DNA from: an uncultured Gammaproteobacteria bacterium
GTDB lineage: Bacteria > Patescibacteriota > Microgenomatia > Levybacterales > UBA12049
Assembly: GCA_964483115.1 (NCBI GenBank)
Contig: CAYZZF010000001.1
Coordinates: 19,907-83,906, forward strand
Direction of reading: 5' to 3'
DNA: 64,000 nucleotides
A program made the translations under genes and the position numbers. The notes beneath the pieces were generated by a model, which was not told where the DNA came from, did not search any database, and worked only from the letters and a program-made list of their open reading frames with translations. Of this stretch, positions 58,215-64,000 are shown in pieces. How positions within the stretch are numbered: the stretch's first letter is position 1; every line of letters starts with the position of its first letter.

Positions 58215-61200
58215 TAAGATAAAAAGCGCAATAAATTTGTTAATATTGTTTGCAATTTCAATACCATTTTTATGGTTTAAGAACGGTTATTTTATAGCTT
58301 GGGCCGATGGAACTTTACCACTTAGGCCCCTTAAGTATCTGGAAACACTAATATATATGTGGTCTGGTATTCCAAATAGTGGCAACCCGAATGTTGTTTC
58401 TCCTACCGCATTTATTTTATTTGGACCACTTTACTTGGTAAACTTTGTCGTTTTTCACTTTAACGTGGTTTCTTTACAAAAGATTTTCTTCTCTTTATGG
58501 TTATTTTTACCAATTCTAGCAACTCTTCTTTTGTATAACTATTTGTTTAAAGCAGATACAAAAAAATATCTATACATTTTTTTTGCAATTTTATTCTACT
58601 CATTCAACCTGTATCGCGCGGGAATGTTTGGCGATGTTGCTAATATGTCAATTTATGCGGCAGAGCCATTAGTCCTCCTTTTAGTAATTAAAGCAGTAAA
58701 TGAAAACAAAAACTTTTTAAAATATTCGATACTGATTGCCTTATCTTCTCTTATTGCCTCCGGAGCAGGCGCTAATCCGCCTATGTACGCAGTGTTTTTA
58801 CTACCGCCCCTTTTATATATTTTTCTAATATTAATTGAAAGTTTTATTAAAAAAAATTTCTTATCTAAATTTTACTCAATAGCAAAATTTATTGTTCTTT
58901 CCACTTTTATGTTTTTACTTGTAAATGCTTATTGGATTTTGCCATTTCTCTATCAATATCTGGGAGTCGCCGCGTCAAGCGGTTTAAAAGGAGCTAATCT
59001 TCTAGATTGGAGTTTAGGGACAAGTTCTGTAACAAGCCTTGCCAATATCATAAGAATGCAGGGGGCGTGGGATTGGTATTCGGGTGTCGGAAGCGATCCG
59101 TATGTCCCGTATGCAGCAAATTACCAGAATAACCCCGTTTTATTGTTTTTAGGTTTTTTGCTTCCTATTCTCGCCTTTGTGGCTGTTTATTTTGTCCGAA
59201 ACAGATATACAATATTTTTTACGCTTATTACTCTAATTGGAATTATTTTTAGCCAAGGATCGCATTCTCCTTTTGGGCCAATTTACAATTTTTTAACGGC
59301 TCGCCTTCCACTTTTTTGGATGTTTAGAAGCAGCTGGTATAAATTTAGTTTTTTGGTTGCGCTTGGCTATAGTTTTCTTGGAGCAGTGTCGGTTGCATAT
59401 ATTTTTGACATTTTGATTAAGCAAAAAAGAAAATTTCTAAATTTAAAATTAGCATACGCATTTCTTGTTTTTGTTATTGCGGGAACCCTAATTTATGCAT
59501 ATCCGTTTATAGACGGAGAAAAATTTCCAAAACCCGGCGTCCATAAAATTTTACCGGCAAGTCACATAAAAGTCCCGGATTATGTTTATAAATCTGCAGA
59601 TTGGATAAACAATCAAAAGGAAACTTTTAGAACTTTTGTATTTCCTAATATGCCTTCCTTTATCTATACTTGGGATTTTAACGGCCTGACCGATGTTTCT
59701 TTTTATCTTTATGATAAAGGAGAATTATTTACGTCAAATCAGGTGGGGACAACCGGATTGGGGAATTCTGTCGGCGATATTAATTCTCAAATATATAATG
59801 GAATTTATTTTAATGACTATGCTAATGCGCTAAGACTGGCAGGAATTTTGGGCGCAAAGTATTTGGTCGAGCGAAAAGACATAAGATATAATTTTTATGG
59901 AGGATACGATTCTCCCGCATTTGTTAACAAACAATTGCAAAATGCGCAAGGTTTAAAGCAGACAAATACCTTTGGAGAATGGAATTTCTACAAACTTTCG
60001 AATAATTACTTTTTACCCCTCTTTTATGTGCCAGAAAATTTAACTTATTCGGAATCTAGTGTATCTTCGATCGGAGATATATTAACTTTAAGTGATTCTC
60101 TAAAACAGCAAATTCTATTCTCCGATTTTAAAAATAACAGAGAAAATGTCGAAATTAGACCGTTAATAAATAATTATGTGCTAAAAGCAAATTGCATATT
60201 GTGTAAAAGCAATGGCCTAAAAGAAATAGAAGACAAAATTCAAATGCCTTTTGTGCAACTTTTGCCCGATTCTCCGTTTTACTTCTTGGTAAAAAACAAA
60301 GAGCAGAAACAACTCGCTACCTATAAGGGATTGCCTGATAAGGAGATTAGTCTTAATTTAGATTTATCTAATAGAAGGCTGGTAGAATTATCAAAAGTTT
60401 TGACAAGAGAGCAAAAAGATAATTCTGATACATTAATTAAAAATTTAATACAAAAATATAAAAATCATATTCAAGAAGCATTAGGTAAAATAAATAATCT
60501 TTCCGGAATTGAAAAAAATGAGAAACTAATAGAAATACTTGCCTATCTGAAAGTCCAAGACAAATTTTTAGAATTGTTGCCGGACACAGATAAAATTCCG
60601 CAATCTTTACTGCAGGACTTGTCTGTTTTTATTAGCGACACATTGAATAACTTAAGGTCTGAGATTTGGATGACGACAGAGAATACGGATGAAAAATTAT
60701 TTTTCAATATTAATGAAGACGGGAATTATTCTTTTAATATAAAAAATTCTCCGACCCCACCCTCAAAAATATTAATAGATGGAACAGAATACATAAAGGT
60801 AAAAGACATTCAGCTTACAAAAGGAACGCATAAGCTGGAATTAATCTATCCGCAGCCAGATAATCTTCTTGTCGCAGATAACGCTTCATCAAGCGGAGAG
60901 TTTGTTTTAAACTATGGAGAAAAGAAAACATTCGCAGTTAAGAGTTTCGACTATAAAAATACTTACTTAATAAAATTTGAATATAAAGTTTCAGAAGGAA
61001 AGGCGCCTAATATTATACTAGCTCAAGATAACGATCAAAAAGACTGGGACGGAAATTACAGCAGAACTTTGAATTCGGTTCTAAACGGTGACGGAAAATG
61101 GCATACATTTGAGTATGCTTTTACGCCAAACTTGGGAGCAAAAAACGCTTTTTTGCAATTTTATTCGTCCGGTTTTGATTATTCGCAAAGTAAATTTTCA

Positions 61201-61764
61201 ATAGAAAATTTTAATATTATCAACACTTTTGTCCCAGATGTATATTTAATAAAGAACATAAACCCCGTGCAGAATCTTATTCCTGGTATAACTTTTACAA
61301 AAATTAATCCTACGGAGTATATACTTAATATAAGTGATGCACAAAAACCGTTTATTCTAAATTTCGGAGAAAATTACGACAACGGTTGGAAAGCATACAT
61401 TGTTCAAAGTCGAAATTTCCGCCAAGAGCGAAGCTCGCCAGATGCGGCAAAATTAAAAAGTAAAAATAAAAACATTGTTGCAAGTTATTTTAATGGCAAA
61501 ATTAAGGAGTTGGGACCAGAAAATAATTTTATCGATAACAATTTTATCTCAACGCTTTTTTCAAAATCTGTATCCGAAGAAAATCATTTGAAAACAAACG
61601 GTTATGCAAACGGTTGGATAATAGACAAAAAAGGAGACTACGATATAATAATTCAGTATTGGCCGCAGAGACTATTTTATTTAGGCAGTACAATTTCATT
61701 TTTTAGCGTGGTCAGTTTATTAATTATTTTAGTTTTTAAAGCTATTAGTCATGAAAAAAATTAA
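58207..61764 (+). CDS. Large GT-C membrane protein (AftD/YfhO-like) with long extracytoplasmic region
   Basis: About 11 N-terminal TMs, NAYWILP, MFRSSWYKF; C-terminal NGYANGW..YWPQ plus TM. Confidence 0.7.
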   Translation: MSNKIKSAINLLILFAISIPFLWFKNGYFIAWADGTLPLRPLKYLETLIYMWSGIPNSGNPNVVSPTAFILFGPLYLVNFVVFHFNVVSLQKIFFSLWLFLPILATLLLYNYLFKADTKKYLYIFFAILFYSFNLYRAGMFGDVANMSIYAAEPLVLLLVIKAVNENKNFLKYSILIALSSLIASGAGANPPMYAVFLLPPLLYIFLILIESFIKKNFLSKFYSIAKFIVLSTFMFLLVNAYWILPFLYQYLGVAASSGLKGANLLDWSLGTSSVTSLANIIRMQGAWDWYSGVGSDPYVPYAANYQNNPVLLFLGFLLPILAFVAVYFVRNRYTIFFTLITLIGIIFSQGSHSPFGPIYNFLTARLPLFWMFRSSWYKFSFLVALGYSFLGAVSVAYIFDILIKQKRKFLNLKLAYAFLVFVIAGTLIYAYPFIDGEKFPKPGVHKILPASHIKVPDYVYKSADWINNQKETFRTFVFPNMPSFIYTWDFNGLTDVSFYLYDKGELFTSNQVGTTGLGNSVGDINSQIYNGIYFNDYANALRLAGILGAKYLVERKDIRYNFYGGYDSPAFVNKQLQNAQGLKQTNTFGEWNFYKLSNNYFLPLFYVPENLTYSESSVSSIGDILTLSDSLKQQILFSDFKNNRENVEIRPLINNYVLKANCILCKSNGLKEIEDKIQMPFVQLLPDSPFYFLVKNKEQKQLATYKGLPDKEISLNLDLSNRRLVELSKVLTREQKDNSDTLIKNLIQKYKNHIQEALGKINNLSGIEKNEKLIEILAYLKVQDKFLELLPDTDKIPQSLLQDLSVFISDTLNNLRSEIWMTTENTDEKLFFNINEDGNYSFNIKNSPTPPSKILIDGTEYIKVKDIQLTKGTHKLELIYPQPDNLLVADNASSSGEFVLNYGEKKTFAVKSFDYKNTYLIKFEYKVSEGKAPNIILAQDNDQKDWDGNYSRTLNSVLNGDGKWHTFEYAFTPNLGAKNAFLQFYSSGFDYSQSKFSIENFNIINTFVPDVYLIKNINPVQNLIPGITFTKINPTEYILNISDAQKPFILNFGENYDNGWKAYIVQSRNFRQERSSPDAAKLKSKNKNIVASYFNGKIKELGPENNFIDNNFISTLFSKSVSEENHLKTNGYANGWIIDKKGDYDIIIQYWPQRLFYLGSTISFFSVVSLLIILVFKAISHEKN
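61401..61471 (+). repeat. Degenerate heptamer array with nested GC-rich hairpin
   Basis: TTCAAAGTCGAAATTT-CCGCCAAGAGCGAAGCTCGCCAGATGCGGC-AAAATTAAAAAGTAAAAATAAAA. Confidence 0.7.
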
Positions 61765-62131
61765 TATTTCTTTTACAGAAGCTAAAAATTACTTTATTTT
61801 TCACCAGCCGCATTTTTTATTCTTATTAATATTTGGATTAACATTATTGCTTTTTTCGACTCTGCCGTATTTCAATATAATACTCGTGCCGGAATTAATA
61901 ATAACATTTTTCTTTTTAATGTCTGTAATTGTTTTTAAGTTTAATGAGACTAAAATTTTTTATTCCGCCTTAGGATTATTAATATTAATTCCATTCTTCT
62001 TCAGTATCAAAAATAATTTTCTTGCTGAAAAAACAGGAGACATCGCATTTTTTATATTGATTATCGGATTTTTAAAGAGTTTTTGGAGATACTTAAAAGA
62101 GATAAAAACAAGAAGTGAAAAACTATTTTAA
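61751..62131 (+). CDS. Small hypothetical membrane protein
   Basis: 126 aa, about 4 TM, overlaps both neighbours as expected in an operon. Confidence 0.7.
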   Translation: MKKINISFTEAKNYFIFHQPHFLFLLIFGLTLLLFSTLPYFNIILVPELIITFFFLMSVIVFKFNETKIFYSALGLLILIPFFFSIKNNFLAEKTGDIAFFILIIGFLKSFWRYLKEIKTRSEKLF

Positions 62132-64000
62132 ATTATTTCTATTTGTATTTATTTTATTAACGCTAACAGTTTTTAAAAATTGGTTTTTTTTAAATCCCCT
62201 TTCTTCGGGTGACTGGAGTTATAACTTCAGCGAGTCTATAAAAACTTTTACAATTTTTCCTTACTCTTGGTTTTTTAACTTAAATGCAGGACTTGGGGGC
62301 ACAAGCCTTTTTATTTTGTCTTTGAGTTCTTATTTTTTATTTACAACATCTTTTTTGTTTAATTTTTTCAAAATTCCCTGGGTTTTAATAGAAAGATTGG
62401 TCTGGTTTTGGCCGTTTTTATTAATTTCTGCTTTCTCCTCTTATTTTTTGTTTAAAAAATTATTTTCTGAAAAGTTCGCATTACTCTCATCTTTTATTTT
62501 TCTTTTTAACTCCTACATCTTAATGATCGTCGGAGGCGGGCAAATGGGTGTAGCATTTGCTTATGCCATGGCTCCGCTAGTTTTATATGTTTTTATTAAA
62601 ACCATTGATTTTTTTAATTTTTCAAAAAATAATATTCAATTTTCAATTTTCAATTTTCAATTACCTTTACTTTCAGGGTTATTATTTTCAATTCTGGTTT
62701 TGTTTGATTTAAGGATTGCGTATATATGCATAACTTCCGTAATGCTGTATTTGGTATTAAATATAAAGTATAAAGTATCAAAAAATAACTTTTTGCGTAT
62801 CTTAAATTTAATTTCTTATTCTTTGATAATTCCGGCGGTAATTACATTTCTTTTGAATTCTTTTTGGATAATTCCGTTGATAGCAGGCGGGAAAAATCCA
62901 CTTGTAGAACTAGGCAGTGTTTACAGCTCTTTAGAGTCGGTTAAATTTTTCAGTTTTGCTAAATTTGAGAATTCTATCGGACTTCTGCATCCAAATTGGC
63001 CGGAGAATATTTTCGGAAAAGTCGGTTTTATGAGACCTGAGTTTCTATTTCTACCAGTACTTGCTTATGCAAGTCTGTTTTTTGCAGCAAAGATTAAAGA
63101 TTCAAGATTAAAGACTTATGTTATTTATTTTGCGTTATTAGGGTTAATCGGAGCTTTTTTGGCAAAAGGGGTAAACGAACCTTTTGGCAGAATATACCTT
63201 TGGCTTTTTAATCATTTCACGGGATTTGTGATGTTTAGGGACCCGACTAAGTGGTACACGCTAGTTGCAGTTTCATATTCAGTTTTAATTCCATTCACTG
63301 TATGGAAGTCTTATGAGTGGTTGAAGTCGCAATCAAAATTTCAAATCTCAAATTTCAAATTTCAAATAAGGTCCAAATCTCAAATTCTCAATTTTCAAAA
63401 CTTATTTTTTTTGCTTGTTACCGGTTACTTGTTGTTCTTAATTAGACCGGCATTTTTTGGTCAATTAACAGGCACATTTAAGCCCCATGAAATTCCAAAG
63501 GATTATATAAGGCTTGAAGAATTTTTAAGCAGTAAAAAAGACTTCTTCAGAATCCTTTGGGTTCCAGAGTGGCAGCGGTTCGGTTTTTTTTCCAATAACC
63601 ACCCGGCAATAGGAGGAGGGGAGATTTTTAAGAAAGATGCAGAAAATCAGATAAAACAGCTTAAACAAAAAGGTACAGAAGGCTTGCTTGAAGATCTGTC
63701 AGTCAAGTATATTATTATTCCTTATGATTCGGAGAAAGAGATATTTCTAAGAGACAGAAAGTATGATGATAAATTGTATGAGAAGAGCATAACTGAAACT
63801 AGGAAAATTAAATGGCTCAGGGAGATTGACGGCTTTGGAAAAATCAAAGTTTTTGAAGTCCCAAATCCCAAAGATCATTTTTGGAGCCCCTCGACTAACC
63901 TTCAAGTTAAATACAGGTATGTTAATCCGACGAAATATGAAGTTTATGTAAAAAATGCAAAAAAGGGAGACTTATTAGTATTCTCGGAGGGTTTTGATAA
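62115..64000 (+). CDS. GT-C (AftD-like) membrane protein, 3' end outside window; not in the supplied ORF track
   Basis: GTG 62115 opens MKNYFKLFLF..SSGDW..FNSY..LNSFWIIP..MFRDPTKW..INPTKY-like; I found no stop before the window end; resembles the 58207 gene. Confidence 0.8.
   Translation, partial: MKNYFKLFLFVFILLTLTVFKNWFFLNPLSSGDWSYNFSESIKTFTIFPYSWFFNLNAGLGGTSLFILSLSSYFLFTTSFLFNFFKIPWVLIERLVWFWPFLLISAFSSYFLFKKLFSEKFALLSSFIFLFNSYILMIVGGGQMGVAFAYAMAPLVLYVFIKTIDFFNFSKNNIQFSIFNFQLPLLSGLLFSILVLFDLRIAYICITSVMLYLVLNIKYKVSKNNFLRILNLISYSLIIPAVITFLLNSFWIIPLIAGGKNPLVELGSVYSSLESVKFFSFAKFENSIGLLHPNWPENIFGKVGFMRPEFLFLPVLAYASLFFAAKIKDSRLKTYVIYFALLGLIGAFLAKGVNEPFGRIYLWLFNHFTGFVMFRDPTKWYTLVAVSYSVLIPFTVWKSYEWLKSQSKFQISNFKFQIRSKSQILNFQNLFFLLVTGYLLFLIRPAFFGQLTGTFKPHEIPKDYIRLEEFLSSKKDFFRILWVPEWQRFGFFSNNHPAIGGGEIFKKDAENQIKQLKQKGTEGLLEDLSVKYIIIPYDSEKEIFLRDRKYDDKLYEKSITETRKIKWLREIDGFGKIKVFEVPNPKDHFWSPSTNLQVKYRYVNPTKYEVYVKNAKKGDLLVFSEGFD
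62634..62661 (+). repeat. Heptamer array ATTCAAT+(TTTCAAT)x3
   Basis: Encodes IQFSIFNFQ. Confidence 0.9.
62754..62781 (+). repeat. Heptamer array GTATHAA-type x4
   Basis: GTATTAA ATATAAA GTATAAA GTATCAA. Confidence 0.75.
63090..63117 (+). repeat. Heptamer array AAGATTM-type x4
   Basis: AAGATTA AAGATTC AAGATTA AAGACTT; encodes KIKDSRLKT. Confidence 0.85.
63331..63438 (+). repeat. ATYTCAA array with 11- and 8-nt breaks, followed by TTACYNG array
   Basis: Encodes SKFQISNFKFQIRSKSQILNFQN and LLVTGYLL. Confidence 0.9.

Noticed and set aside
6566-63438. Heptamer arrays as CRISPR or DGR repeats
   Set aside because: No repeat-spacer structure, no cas genes, no reverse transcriptase and no TR/VR pair seen in the window

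Overview
AT-rich bacterial DNA read with the standard genetic code. Gene content (DUF5652-type protein, many GT-C glycosyltransferases, leaderless starts) suggests a Patescibacteria/CPR, Microgenomates-like organism; this is an inference. Bases 1-5.8 kb hold a DHA2 MFS transporter and four exported envelope enzymes. Bases 5.8-64 kb are one very large surface-glycosylation locus with about 17 GT-C-like membrane glycosyltransferases, GT2 and GT4 enzymes, two flippases and NDP-sugar enzymes (GalE, RmlC/D-like, RfbE-like, ColD-like, Fcl/ColC-like). The unexplained signal is about 20 short arrays of 7-nt (sometimes 8-nt) units sitting in frame inside these genes. They recur at equivalent sites in paralogues, several share a conserved 25-nt core, and some are built as inverted arms. 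Three contain nested GC-rich hairpins. One repeat family forms inverted flanks around a decayed four-helix-bundle (23S-IVP/Avd-like) gene at 42176-42523. A second dispersed palindrome family (GTGT..CACC..GGTG) is also present. All calls are by eye; no searches were run.
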